A stretch of DNA of 64,000 bases from Gemmatimonadales bacterium. GTDB lineage: Bacteria; Gemmatimonadota; Gemmatimonadetes; Gemmatimonadales; GWC2-71-9. The notes under the pieces were generated by a model. The model was not told the DNA's origin. It was given only the letters and a program-made list of their open reading frames with translations, and did no database searches. This document shows, piece after piece, positions 31,097 to 40,582 of the stretch. The position numbers and the translations under genes were made by a program. Within the stretch, counting starts at the first letter, position 1; every line of letters starts with the position of its first letter. Location: assembly GCA_038321865.1 (NCBI GenBank), contig JBBQFH010000012.1, positions 1-64,000 on the forward strand, read 5' to 3'.

Positions 31097-32013
31097 GGCG
31101 TTTCCTCGCCGTCCGTCTCGCCCTGCTGGTGCCCACCCTGCTCGGCGTGCTCATGGTGACGTTCCTGTTGCTCTACGTCGCGCCGGGCGACCCGGTGCAG
31201 GCCATGGTCGGTGAACGGGCCGATGCCGCGACCATCGCCCGGCTTCGCGCCGAGCTGCATCTCGACGATCCGCTGCCGCGGCAGTTCCTGCGCTACGCCG
31301 GCGGCGTGGTGCGGGGCGATCTGGGCCGCTCGTACATCACCCAGCGGCCGATCATCCGCGACCTGACCGAGCGCTTCCCCGCGACGCTCCGCCTCGCCGG
31401 CGCCGCGATGCTCTTCGCCACCCTGGTCGGTGTGTCCATGGGGGTGTACGGCGCCTGGCGGCCGGGGTCGTGGGCCGACCGCGCCACGGCGCTCGTCGCC
31501 TACGCGGGCGTGTCGTTTCCGGTATACTGGGTAGGCCTGCTGCTCATTCTGGTCTTCGCCGTGCACCTGCGGTGGCTGCCGCCCTCGGGCTCCGGCGGGC
31601 TCCAGTTTCTGCTGCTGCCGGCCATCACCCTGGGCATGCGCTCCATCGCGTTCCTCTCCCGCATGACCCGCGCGGCCATGCAGGAGGTGCTCCGGAGCGA
31701 CTTCGTCCGCACCGCACGCGCCAAGGGGCTCGGCGAGCGGCGCGTGGTGTTGCGGCACGCGCTGCGGAACGCGCTGCTCCCGGTCGTCACCGTGCTCGGA
31801 CTCGACTTCGGGAGCTACCTGACCGGCTCCATCCTGACCGAGACGATCTTCGCCTGGCCCGGCGTCGGCCGGTATGTGCTCACCGCGATCGAGAAGCGCG
31901 ACCTGCCCGCGGTCCAGGGCAGCATCCTGTTTCTGAGCCTCGTGTTCGTAATCGTGAACCTCCTGACGGACCTGGTGTATGCCAAAGTCGATCCACGGGT
32001 GGCGTATGAGTAG
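31093..32013 (+). CDS. Peptide ABC transporter permease (DppB/OppB)
   Basis: APGDP, GDLGRS and DFVRTARAKGL..HALRNA motifs. Confidence 0.93.
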   Translation: MRRFLAVRLALLVPTLLGVLMVTFLLLYVAPGDPVQAMVGERADAATIARLRAELHLDDPLPRQFLRYAGGVVRGDLGRSYITQRPIIRDLTERFPATLRLAGAAMLFATLVGVSMGVYGAWRPGSWADRATALVAYAGVSFPVYWVGLLLILVFAVHLRWLPPSGSGGLQFLLLPAITLGMRSIAFLSRMTRAAMQEVLRSDFVRTARAKGLGERRVVLRHALRNALLPVVTVLGLDFGSYLTGSILTETIFAWPGVGRYVLTAIEKRDLPAVQGSILFLSLVFVIVNLLTDLVYAKVDPRVAYE

Positions 32014-33505
32014 CGCGCGATGCCGCCTGCACCGGGCGACGCTCGTCCTCTTCGCGGCGGCCTTCGCCGCGCCGGCCGCGGCAGGCCAATCGCTCGCCAG
32101 GCGGCTGGACGCACGGCTCGACGCCGCGCCGTTCAACCGCCTGCTCTGGGGCGTGGCGCTGGTGGATGACAACGGGAAGCTGCTCTACGGCCGGAATGCC
32201 GATCATCTCTTCATCCCGGCCAGCAACACCAAGATCCTCGTCACCGCCGTGGCCTCCGCGCTCTTCCCGCCGGATTTCACCGTCAACACCAGCGTGTACG
32301 GGGCGGGCCCGGTCACCGACGGCGTGCTGCACGGCGATCTCGTGCTCTACGGCCGGGGCGACCCGACGTTCGGCGTCCGCTGCTACGCGGTGGACACGAC
32401 GGCGGCGAACGCCTGCGACACCGATCCCACCGCCCGGCTCCGCCAGCTGGCCCAGGCCCTCCGGGCCCGCGGCGTCCAGACCATCGCGGGTGACGTGGTG
32501 GGTGACGGGAGCTACTTCGATGCCGAGCTCGTGCGCGACGGCTGGAACGCCTACGACCTCAACTGGTGGTACGCCGCGCCGGTCTCCGGGCTCGGGTTCA
32601 ACGACAACAGCATCGACATCACCTGGAAGCCGGGCGCGGCGCCCGGCGCCCCGGCGACCATCACGTTCACGCCCGACTTCGGCGACGTCACGATCGAGAA
32701 CCGTACCCGCACCGCACCCCTGGGCGGCCCCAACGACATCGGCGACCGGATCTACCGCGAGCCCGGCACCCTCCGCCTCTGGGCCGAAGGGACGGCCGCG
32801 CTGGGCGGCCGCGGCGGCACCGACTTCTTTGCCCTGCCCGACCCCAACCTGTTCGCCGCGCAGGCCCTTCGCGCGGCGCTGGCCGGCGCCAGCATCGCGG
32901 TCAACGGCACCACCCGGTCGACGACCGACTCGATGCGTTATCTCGCCGCCCGCGCGACCGCACCGCTCGCCGAAGTGACGTCGCGCCCGCTCCGGGACTG
33001 GATCTTCCCGATCCTGAACACCAGCCAGAACTGGTTCGCCGAGATGACGCTCAAGCAGCTCGGCAAGCGGTTCGGCACGGCCGGATCGTGGGAGGAAGGG
33101 CTGCGGGTCGAGCGGCGCTTTCTGATCGACTCGGTGGGCGTGGACTCGACGCAGTTCGCCGTGACCGACGGGTCCGGGCTCGCGGCGAACGATCTCGTCA
33201 GCCCGCTCGCCTTCACCCAGGTGCTCCGCTTCATCCGGCGGCATCCGCGCTACGCCACGTTCAGGGCCGGCCTTCCCCATTCAGGCGAGCGCGGCTCGCT
33301 GCGCAACCGTTTCCTCAATACGCCGCTCGAGGGGAAGGTGCGCGCCAAGACCGGCAGCATCTCACGCGTCAACACCCTGTCCGGCTTCATCGAGCTCCCC
33401 ACCGGCCGCACCCTGACCTTCTCGGTCGAGGCCAACCACCACACCCTGCCAAGCCGGACGATACTGGCGCAGCTCGACAGTATCGTGGTGCAGATGGGGA
33501 AATAA
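32006..33505 (+). CDS. dacB: D-Ala-D-Ala carboxypeptidase/endopeptidase PBP4 (peptidase S13)
   Basis: PASNTK (SxxK), GDP, SQN, DGSGL and AKTG motifs. Confidence 0.93.
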   Translation: MSSARCRLHRATLVLFAAAFAAPAAAGQSLARRLDARLDAAPFNRLLWGVALVDDNGKLLYGRNADHLFIPASNTKILVTAVASALFPPDFTVNTSVYGAGPVTDGVLHGDLVLYGRGDPTFGVRCYAVDTTAANACDTDPTARLRQLAQALRARGVQTIAGDVVGDGSYFDAELVRDGWNAYDLNWWYAAPVSGLGFNDNSIDITWKPGAAPGAPATITFTPDFGDVTIENRTRTAPLGGPNDIGDRIYREPGTLRLWAEGTAALGGRGGTDFFALPDPNLFAAQALRAALAGASIAVNGTTRSTTDSMRYLAARATAPLAEVTSRPLRDWIFPILNTSQNWFAEMTLKQLGKRFGTAGSWEEGLRVERRFLIDSVGVDSTQFAVTDGSGLAANDLVSPLAFTQVLRFIRRHPRYATFRAGLPHSGERGSLRNRFLNTPLEGKVRAKTGSISRVNTLSGFIELPTGRTLTFSVEANHHTLPSRTILAQLDSIVVQMGK

Positions 33506-33518
33506 GGAGACCACTCAG

Positions 33519-34031
33519 ATGCTCTTGCTGCTGGTACGCCACGCGCAGGCCGGTGAGCGCGACCCCGAGCGCTGGCCCGACGATCAGCTCCGGCCGCTCA
33601 CCAACACCGGCCGCGCCGCCCATGCACGGGTCAGCCGGGCCCTGAAGCGGCTCGACGTCGCGCCCAGCGTGGTCGTGTCGAGCCCCTGGATTCGCGCGAT
33701 GCAGACGGCGGAGGTGATGATCGAGGAGATGGATCTCGACGTGGACCCGATCGAGTGCGAGGCGCTGACCGTCGAGCCCGACGTCCGGGCGATCGCGGCC
33801 TGCATTCCCGAGGGAGAGACCGAGCAGACGGTGGCCCTGGTCGGCCATTCGCCGTTCCTGGAGGATCTCGCCTCCATCCTCCTCACCGGTGTCACCTCGC
33901 GGCTGAACAGCGATTTTCCGAAGAGCGGAGTGATGGGGCTGGACATGGAGCGGATGGAGCCGGGCACCGCCACCCTGCGCTTCTTCCAGCGGCCCAAGCA
34001 GATGGAGCGGCTCAGGCGCCGGAGGAAGTAG
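33519..34031 (+). CDS. sixA: Phosphohistidine phosphatase SixA
   Basis: RHAQA, RPLT..G, SSPWIRAMQTA and LVGH motifs; AAGGAG SD. Confidence 0.88.
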   Translation: MLLLLVRHAQAGERDPERWPDDQLRPLTNTGRAAHARVSRALKRLDVAPSVVVSSPWIRAMQTAEVMIEEMDLDVDPIECEALTVEPDVRAIAACIPEGETEQTVALVGHSPFLEDLASILLTGVTSRLNSDFPKSGVMGLDMERMEPGTATLRFFQRPKQMERLRRRRK

Positions 34032-34033
34032 CG

Positions 34034-35062
34034 CTAGTCGTCGGTCTGGCCGAAGATGGCCAGGTTCGACGAGTGGCCGGGATTGACCTTGGTCCTGGGG
34101 TTGATCAGGTGCACCGCGTTGTTGACCGCGATGCACGCTTCCGACACCCCGGTGGCGATCAACTTGAGCTTCCCCGGATACGTCGTGATGTCACCTGCGG
34201 CGTAGATGCCGGGCAGATTGGTGGACATGACCGTGTCCACCTTGATGTCGGCCTTCTCGGTGTCGAGCCCCCACTCCTTGATCACGCCGAGATCGGAATG
34301 AAAGCCCAGCAGCGGGATCACGGCGTCCACCGCGAGATCCCGCTCCGCTTTGGTCTTGGCGTTCACCAGCGTCACCCGCTCGATGCGGTCGCCGCCGTGG
34401 ATCGCCTTCACCTCGGTGAAGACCTCGATCCCGCATTTGCCGGCCTCGCGGAGCGCCATCGCCTGCGCCACCGTCGCCGCGTGCGCCCGGAACTGATCCC
34501 GGCGGTGAATCAGCGTCACTTCGCGGGCAATTCCCTGCAGATTCACCGCCCAGTCGAACGCCGAATCGCCGCCCCCGACGAGCAGCACGCGCTTGCCCGC
34601 GAACACCCCCGGGTCGAGGACCTTGTCGTACAACCCTCGGCCCTCCCACTGCTCGGCGCCCTCCAGCGGGAGCTTTCTCGCCTCGAACGCGCCGATCCCC
34701 GCCGCGATGACGATGGTGCGGGAGGGATAGACGTCCGCGTCCGTCTCGAGCAGGAAATGGCCCAGCCCGCCGTCCTCGACCCGCGTGAGGCCGCTAACCG
34801 TTTCGCCCAGGTGCGTGCTGACGCCGAACTGCATCGCCTGCACGACCATGTCGCGGACGAGATCCTTGGCCAGCACCTTGGGGAACCCGGCGACGTCGAA
34901 GATGTATTTTTCGGGATAGAGCGCCATCAGCTGCCCGCCGAGCGCGGGCAGCGCGTCGATGATGCGGCAGCTTGCGCCCCGCATGCCGGCGTAAAAGGCG
35001 GCGAAGAGCCCGGTAGGCCCCCCGCCGATGACGGTAATGTCCCTGATTTCCCGCTCGGCCAC
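34034..35062 (-). CDS. Ferredoxin-NADP+ reductase (thioredoxin-reductase-like, YumC type)
   Basis: IGGGPTG, GGQL.ALYPEKYIFD, GGGDSAFDW, HRR, YPGKLKLI and PGHSS motifs; no CxxC. Confidence 0.9.
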   Translation of the reverse strand: MAEREIRDITVIGGGPTGLFAAFYAGMRGASCRIIDALPALGGQLMALYPEKYIFDVAGFPKVLAKDLVRDMVVQAMQFGVSTHLGETVSGLTRVEDGGLGHFLLETDADVYPSRTIVIAAGIGAFEARKLPLEGAEQWEGRGLYDKVLDPGVFAGKRVLLVGGGDSAFDWAVNLQGIAREVTLIHRRDQFRAHAATVAQAMALREAGKCGIEVFTEVKAIHGGDRIERVTLVNAKTKAERDLAVDAVIPLLGFHSDLGVIKEWGLDTEKADIKVDTVMSTNLPGIYAAGDITTYPGKLKLIATGVSEACIAVNNAVHLINPRTKVNPGHSSNLAIFGQTDD

Positions 35063-35170
35063 TGCCTCTCCGGGGTGACGCGTCCGCGGCGGGCGTTGGG
35101 CCCGGCGCGCTCCAATTATAATCGCGGCGGACTTATTCTCCGGCATCCAGGGCCAACCGGGAGCACCACG

Positions 35171-35716
35171 ATGAAGATCTACACGCGCACCGGCGACGAG
35201 GGTGAAACCGGCCTCTTCGGCGGTGGCCGGGTCGCCAAGGACCATCCGCGGGTCTCGGCCTACGGCGACGTGGACGAGCTGAATTCGGCGCTCGGCGTCG
35301 CACGCGCGGCGGAACCGGCCGCGCTGTTCGACGACCTCCTCGCCGGCATCCAGCGGGACCTGTTCGCCATCGGCGGCCACCTTGCCACACCCGATCCGGC
35401 CAAGGTCGCCCGGGCCCTGGAAAAGGCCGACCTCTCCGAAGACCGGATCGCGCTGTTCGAGCGCGCCATGGACGATGCCGACACCGAGCTGCCCGCGCTT
35501 CGCGCCTTCGTGCTGCCGGCCGGCACGCCCAAGGCGGCGGCACTCCACCTGGCGCGCACGGTCTGCCGGCGAGCCGAGCGGGCCGTCGTCCGCCTGAGCC
35601 ACGACACCGAGGTGCCGGACCTCTTCATCATCTATCTCAACCGTCTCTCGGATCTGTTGTTCACGCTGGCCCGGCTGGCCAACCACCGCGGCGGCATCGG
35701 CGACGTCACATGGTGA
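35171..35716 (+). CDS. pduO: PduO-type cob(I)alamin adenosyltransferase
   Basis: KIYTRTGD.G.T, YGDVDELNS, FVLP, RTVCRRAER and YLNRLSD motifs. Confidence 0.95.
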   Translation: MKIYTRTGDEGETGLFGGGRVAKDHPRVSAYGDVDELNSALGVARAAEPAALFDDLLAGIQRDLFAIGGHLATPDPAKVARALEKADLSEDRIALFERAMDDADTELPALRAFVLPAGTPKAAALHLARTVCRRAERAVVRLSHDTEVPDLFIIYLNRLSDLLFTLARLANHRGGIGDVTW

Positions 35717-36786
35717 TCGTCCCGCATCAGGGCGGCAGCTATCCGGCGCTGGTCGAGCCGGGGCTGCTCGGCCGGCTGCCGGCACTGGTGGCCGAGCACC
35801 TGCCGGGGCGGCGGTTGGCGCTCATCAGCGATGACAATGTCGCCGGCCTGTACGGCCATGACCTCAGCACCGTCGCCGACCTGCTGGTGTTCGCCGCGGG
35901 CGAGGCATCCAAGACGCGTGACACGTGGGCCGCGCTCACCGACCGGATGCTCGACGCCGGCCACGGCCGGGACAGCGCGGTCGTGGCGCTCGGCGGCGGC
36001 GTCGTGGGGGATCTCGCCGGCTTCGTCGCCGCCACCTTCGGACGCGGCATCCCGTGGCTCCAGCTGCCGACCTCGCTGCTCGCCATGGTGGATGCCTCGG
36101 TGGGAGGCAAGACCGGCGTGGACACCGCCGCCGGCAAGAACCTCGTCGGCGCATTCCACCCGCCGGTGGCGGTACTGGCCGATCCGCTCGCATTGGCGAC
36201 GCTGCCTCCGGCCGAGCTGCGCTCCGGCCTGGCCGAGGCGGTCAAGCACGGTCTCGTCGCCGACTCGGCGTACTTCGAATGGCTGCTGGTGCAGGCGGAT
36301 GCCATCCTCGCGCTGGAACCGTCGTGCATGACCGAGCTGGTGCGGCGGAGCGTGGAGCTGAAGGCCGCCATCGTCGGCGCCGACGAGCGGGATCACGGCC
36401 GCCGCGCCGTGCTCAATGCCGGCCACACCGTGGCGCACGCCATCGAGCGCGCCAGCAGCTATCGTGTGTCCCATGGCGCGGCCGTCGCACTCGGATTGGT
36501 GGCCGAAGCGGCGCTGGCCGAGCGGCTCGGCGTCGCGGAAGCCGGGCTCACCGAGCGGGTCCGCGACGCGCTGGCCCGATTCGGGCTGGCGACCCGGCTC
36601 GATCCGCCGATCGGCGGCCGCAGCCTGCTCCACGCCATGCGCGGCGACAAGAAGAGCCGGGACGGCGCGCTCCGCTTTTCGCTCATCGCCGCGGTCGGCC
36701 GGGCCCGGGGCGAGCCAGGTTGCTGGACCGATCCCGCATCCGACGAGGAAATCGTGGCGTCGCTCGGCGCGATCGGGGCGGAATAG
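35710..36786 (+). CDS. aroB: 3-dehydroquinate synthase
   Basis: GEASK, LGGGVVGDLAGF, PTSLLAMVDASVGGKTG, KNLVGAFH, GHT and HG motifs. Confidence 0.95.
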   Translation: MVIVPHQGGSYPALVEPGLLGRLPALVAEHLPGRRLALISDDNVAGLYGHDLSTVADLLVFAAGEASKTRDTWAALTDRMLDAGHGRDSAVVALGGGVVGDLAGFVAATFGRGIPWLQLPTSLLAMVDASVGGKTGVDTAAGKNLVGAFHPPVAVLADPLALATLPPAELRSGLAEAVKHGLVADSAYFEWLLVQADAILALEPSCMTELVRRSVELKAAIVGADERDHGRRAVLNAGHTVAHAIERASSYRVSHGAAVALGLVAEAALAERLGVAEAGLTERVRDALARFGLATRLDPPIGGRSLLHAMRGDKKSRDGALRFSLIAAVGRARGEPGCWTDPASDEEIVASLGAIGAE

Positions 36787-36902
36787 CGGCACCGGAGCCA
36801 CAGATCCGACATTCCACACAGTCGCAGGTATCGCCCCGCCGGTGGATAAACAGCCGAACCCCTCGCTAACAAACGATTTGTGATGTGGATAGCGGGATTC
36901 TA

Positions 36903-36931
36903 TTGACTGCGCCTCACTTTTTTCCCATATT
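36903..36931 (+). promoter_or_regulatory. Putative sigma70 promoter of the sigma factor gene
   Basis: TTGACT (36903-36908), 17 nt, CATATT (36926-36931). Confidence 0.55.
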
Positions 36932-37013
36932 CCGGTCTCCCATCACAGGCCCGCCGGGCCACCGAACGCTTCCATGGCTGCGTCGTCGCATAAACTCGCG
37001 CTGGGGTCGAATC

Positions 37014-37907
37014 ATGGCTCAAGTACGCTCCGGGAAGGCACGCCCGGCCCTTCGTTCCGCGCCCACCGGCTCATTCGACCAGTACCTGCACGACATCCAG
37101 AAGCTTCCCATGATCACCGACATCAACGAAGAGCGCCGCCTGGCCCGGCTGGCGCAGCTCGGTGATGCCGCGGCGGCGGAGCGCCTCGTCACCGCCAACC
37201 TGCGATTCGTGATCTCCTACGTGAAGCGCTACCAGGGACACGGGCTGGAGCTGTCGGAGCTGGTGGCGATCGGCAACGAGGGTCTCCTCAAGGCGGTCCG
37301 GAAGTTCGATCCCGAGCACGGCGTCAAGTTCATCTCCTACGCCGTCTGGTGGGTGCGCCAGGCGGTCCTCAAGGCGCTGGCCGAGCAGACCCGCACGGTG
37401 CGGATCCCGCTCAACCAGAACGCCGCGCTGGTCAAGATGGGCCGCGTGGCCAGCCTTCTCTCCCAGGAGCTCGGCCGGGAGGCGACCGACGGCGAGCTCG
37501 CGATGGCGCTGGGCGACACGATCGAGGGCATCCGCGCCGCCCGCCGCATGACCACCACCGAGGTGTCGCTCGATGCCCCGGTGGAACGGCAGGACCGGGC
37601 CGGCACCACCTTCGGCGAGCGGGTCCCCGGCACCGGCGGCACCGACATCGAGGAGATGACCGACGCGCGGCTCATGCGCGAGTTCATCGACCGGCTCTTC
37701 GCCCGCCACCTGACGCCGCGCGAACGCAAGATCCTTACGCTCTACTATGGGCTCGAGGAAGGCTCCGAGGCGCTGACGCTCGAAAAGATCGGCGAGCTGC
37801 TCGGCGTCACCCGCGAGCGCATCCGCCAGATCCGCGAGCGCGCGTTCGAGAAGCTGCGCGAGTCGCCTGATGTGATGCTGCTGGAAAGGTTCTGCGGCGC
37901 CGCCTGA
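37014..37907 (+). CDS. Sigma-70 family sigma factor (RpoD/RpoS/RpoH-like, lacking region 1.1)
   Basis: DQYL, ANLRFV, GNEGLLKAVRKFD, KFISYAVWWVRQA, RTVRIP and TLEKIG..TRERIRQI motifs. Confidence 0.95.
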   Translation: MAQVRSGKARPALRSAPTGSFDQYLHDIQKLPMITDINEERRLARLAQLGDAAAAERLVTANLRFVISYVKRYQGHGLELSELVAIGNEGLLKAVRKFDPEHGVKFISYAVWWVRQAVLKALAEQTRTVRIPLNQNAALVKMGRVASLLSQELGREATDGELAMALGDTIEGIRAARRMTTTEVSLDAPVERQDRAGTTFGERVPGTGGTDIEEMTDARLMREFIDRLFARHLTPRERKILTLYYGLEEGSEALTLEKIGELLGVTRERIRQIRERAFEKLRESPDVMLLERFCGAA

Positions 37908-37953
37908 CCTCGAAACGGGGCGGCGCTCGTCCGCCCCCGCTTAGATTTCCCGC

Positions 37954-39372
37954 ATGACCCCCGCGCTCATCGCCGAGCTCACCGGTATCGTCGGACCCCG
38001 CTGGGTGCGCCACCGGCGCGCCGAGCTCGCGACGTATACCATGGACGGGCTGCCGACGCGGGAGTCGGTGCCCGGGCTGGTGGTACTGCCCGGCAGCCGC
38101 ACGGAGATCATCGCCGTCGTGCAGGCGCTCGCCCGCGCCGGCGTCCCCTTCGTCGCACGGGGTGCCGGCACCGGCCTTTCCGGCGGGGCGCTCGCCGAGA
38201 GCGACGCGGTGCTCATCACCCTTACCCGGCTCACCCGCATCATCTCGATCGATCCCGTCGCCCGGCGCGCGGTGCTCGAGCCGGGCGTCGTGAATGCCCG
38301 GCTCTCCGAGGCGGCGCTGCCTTACGGACTCGCCTACGTCCCCGACCCGTCCAGCCAGAGCGCGTGCACCGTGGGCGGCAACGTCGCCGAAAATGCCGGT
38401 GGCCCCCACTGCCTCAAGTACGGTGTCACCACCAACCACATCGCGGCACTCGAGGTCGTGCTGCCCGACGGCAGCCTGGTCCGGCTGGGCTCCGGCTCCG
38501 GCGAGCCCTGGGGCCCGGACCTGGTCGGACTGTTCGTCGGCAGCGAGGGGATGTTCGGCATCGCCACCGAGATCACCGTCCGTCTCGAGCCGATTCCCGT
38601 CAGCGTCCATACCATGCTCGCGGACTTCGCCAGCGTGCGCCAGGCCAGCGAAGCGGTGTCCGCCATCATCGCGTCGGGCGTGATGCCCGCGGCGCTCGAG
38701 ATGATGGACCGCGCCTGCGTCGCCGCGGTCGAGGCGTCCATCTACGCCGCCGGCTACCCGACCGATGCGGACGCCGTCCTCCTGGTCGAGATGGACGGCG
38801 ACGCCGATGCGGTCGCCGGCGAGTCCATCGCGGTCGAGGCGATGCTGCACGCCCATGGCGCCCGCAGCGTACGGAGCGCGACCAGCCCGGCCGAGCGCGC
38901 CCGGCTCTGGCAGGGCCGCAAGAAGGCGTTCGGGGCGATGGGGCGGATCGCGCCGGATCTCGCCGTGCAGGACGCGGTCGTTCCGCGTTCCACCCTTCCC
39001 GACGTCCTCGACCGCATCACCGAGATCAGCGCGCGCCACCGTCTCACCGTGAGCAACGTCTTCCACGCCGGCGACGGCAATCTGCATCCGAACATCAGCT
39101 TCGACCGGCGCGACCTCGAGCTGTCCGCGCGGGTGCACCAGGCCAGCCGCGAGATCATGGAAGCGTGCGTCGCCGCCGGCGGCAGCATCACCGGCGAGCA
39201 CGGAGTCGGTTCCGACAAGCGCGAGTACATGCCGCTGATCTTCGACCCGCCGACCCTCGACGCGATGTGCGCCGTGCGCCGCGTGTTCGACCCCGACACC
39301 CGCGCCAACCCGCTCAAGGTCTTCCCCACCCATACCTGCCGCGAATGGCGCGCCGGCGGCGTCCATGAGTGA
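37954..39372 (+). CDS. glcD: Glycolate oxidase FAD subunit GlcD
   Basis: RGAGTGLSGGA, PDPSS, GGPHCLKYG, GSEG, HAGDGNLHP and GEHGVG motifs. Confidence 0.92.
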   Translation: MTPALIAELTGIVGPRWVRHRRAELATYTMDGLPTRESVPGLVVLPGSRTEIIAVVQALARAGVPFVARGAGTGLSGGALAESDAVLITLTRLTRIISIDPVARRAVLEPGVVNARLSEAALPYGLAYVPDPSSQSACTVGGNVAENAGGPHCLKYGVTTNHIAALEVVLPDGSLVRLGSGSGEPWGPDLVGLFVGSEGMFGIATEITVRLEPIPVSVHTMLADFASVRQASEAVSAIIASGVMPAALEMMDRACVAAVEASIYAAGYPTDADAVLLVEMDGDADAVAGESIAVEAMLHAHGARSVRSATSPAERARLWQGRKKAFGAMGRIAPDLAVQDAVVPRSTLPDVLDRITEISARHRLTVSNVFHAGDGNLHPNISFDRRDLELSARVHQASREIMEACVAAGGSITGEHGVGSDKREYMPLIFDPPTLDAMCAVRRVFDPDTRANPLKVFPTHTCREWRAGGVHE

Positions 39373-40582
39373 CGTCCTCGTGCGGCTCAAGGCGCTGCTC
39401 GGCGCCGCCGGCGTCGAGCGCGATCCCGACGGCCTCCCCCGGGCCACCCCCGACACCGCAGACGCCGTGGCCCAGGTCTGCCGGCTGGCCCACGAGGAGC
39501 AGTGGAAGATCCGGGTCGAGGGTCAGGGCACCTGGCTCGCCGCCGACGCCCCCGCCGACTTCGCCCTCTCGACTCGCGGGCTCGATCAGGTCGTCTCGGT
39601 CAGCCCGGCGGATCTCGTGGCGACGGTGCAGGCCGGCGCCCCGATCGAGTCGGTCCGCCGCCGACTCGCCGACGACGGCATGTGGCTCGCCCTCGATCCG
39701 CCCGGGCGCCCCGAGCGGAGCCTCGGCTCGATCGTCGCCACGGCGACCGCGGGCCCGCTGCGCCTCGCCTTCGGTCCGGTGCGCGACCACATCCTCGGCT
39801 GCACCGTCGCCACCGGCGACGGCCAGCTCGTCCGCGCCGGCGGACGGGTCGTGAAGAACGTCGCGGGCTATGACCTCACCAAGCTGCAGGTCGGCGGCTT
39901 CGGCGGTTTCGGCGTGGTGACGGACGTGCATCTCCGGCTCCGCGCACTCCCCCGCGCCGATGTGACGCTGGTGACCCGCGCCGCGCGCGACGTGCTCACC
40001 GCCATGGGCCGCGATCTGACCGGCGCCGGGATCGCACCGAGCGCGCTGGAACTGCTGTCGCCTACCCTCGCCGCCGACGCCGAATGGGTGCTCGGCGCCC
40101 GGTTCGCCGGGACCGATGCGGCGGTGCAGTCGGGCGCGCGCGGCCTGCAGGCGGTGAGCGGCCTCGCCTGGCACCTGCTCCCGGCTGACCGGAGCGCAGC
40201 CTTCTGGGCGCTGGCCGGCCGCGCCGCGCTGGGCGGCCCCGTCACCCTGCGCCTCGGTGTCCTCGCCGATGGCCTCGACGACACCCTCGACATCGTCGCG
40301 CACCATCTCGATGAAGGGCTGATCTCCGCCGGCGCCGGCGGTGGGATGCTCCGCTGGACCGGTGAGGCCAGCGTGGAGCGCCTGCGGGCGGTCCGTCGCA
40401 TCGCCGCGGCGCGCGAGATCCCGATGACGATCGAGCGCGCGCCGTGGCCTCTCCGCCGCGCCGTTGGGCACTTCGGCGCCTATCGCGAAGGCGTCGGCCG
40501 GCTGGTCGGCCGGCTGCGCGACACCTTCGATCCGCACCTGTCGCTCCAGATTGCGCTCGAAGGCGACGATGCCGCCACCTGA
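39365..40582 (+). CDS. glcE: Glycolate oxidase FAD subunit GlcE
   Basis: GGRVVKNVAGYDLTKL motif; lies between glcD and glcF. Confidence 0.88.
   Translation: MSDVLVRLKALLGAAGVERDPDGLPRATPDTADAVAQVCRLAHEEQWKIRVEGQGTWLAADAPADFALSTRGLDQVVSVSPADLVATVQAGAPIESVRRRLADDGMWLALDPPGRPERSLGSIVATATAGPLRLAFGPVRDHILGCTVATGDGQLVRAGGRVVKNVAGYDLTKLQVGGFGGFGVVTDVHLRLRALPRADVTLVTRAARDVLTAMGRDLTGAGIAPSALELLSPTLAADAEWVLGARFAGTDAAVQSGARGLQAVSGLAWHLLPADRSAAFWALAGRAALGGPVTLRLGVLADGLDDTLDIVAHHLDEGLISAGAGGGMLRWTGEASVERLRAVRRIAAAREIPMTIERAPWPLRRAVGHFGAYREGVGRLVGRLRDTFDPHLSLQIALEGDDAAT

Noticed and set aside
35063..35170. Cobalamin riboswitch upstream of pduO
   Set aside because: The gap is only 108 bp and no B12-box is recognisable.
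36787..37013. Replication origin
   Set aside because: Only two near-consensus DnaA boxes, no clear unwinding element, and no dnaA/dnaN/gidA context; kept as a regulatory finding only.
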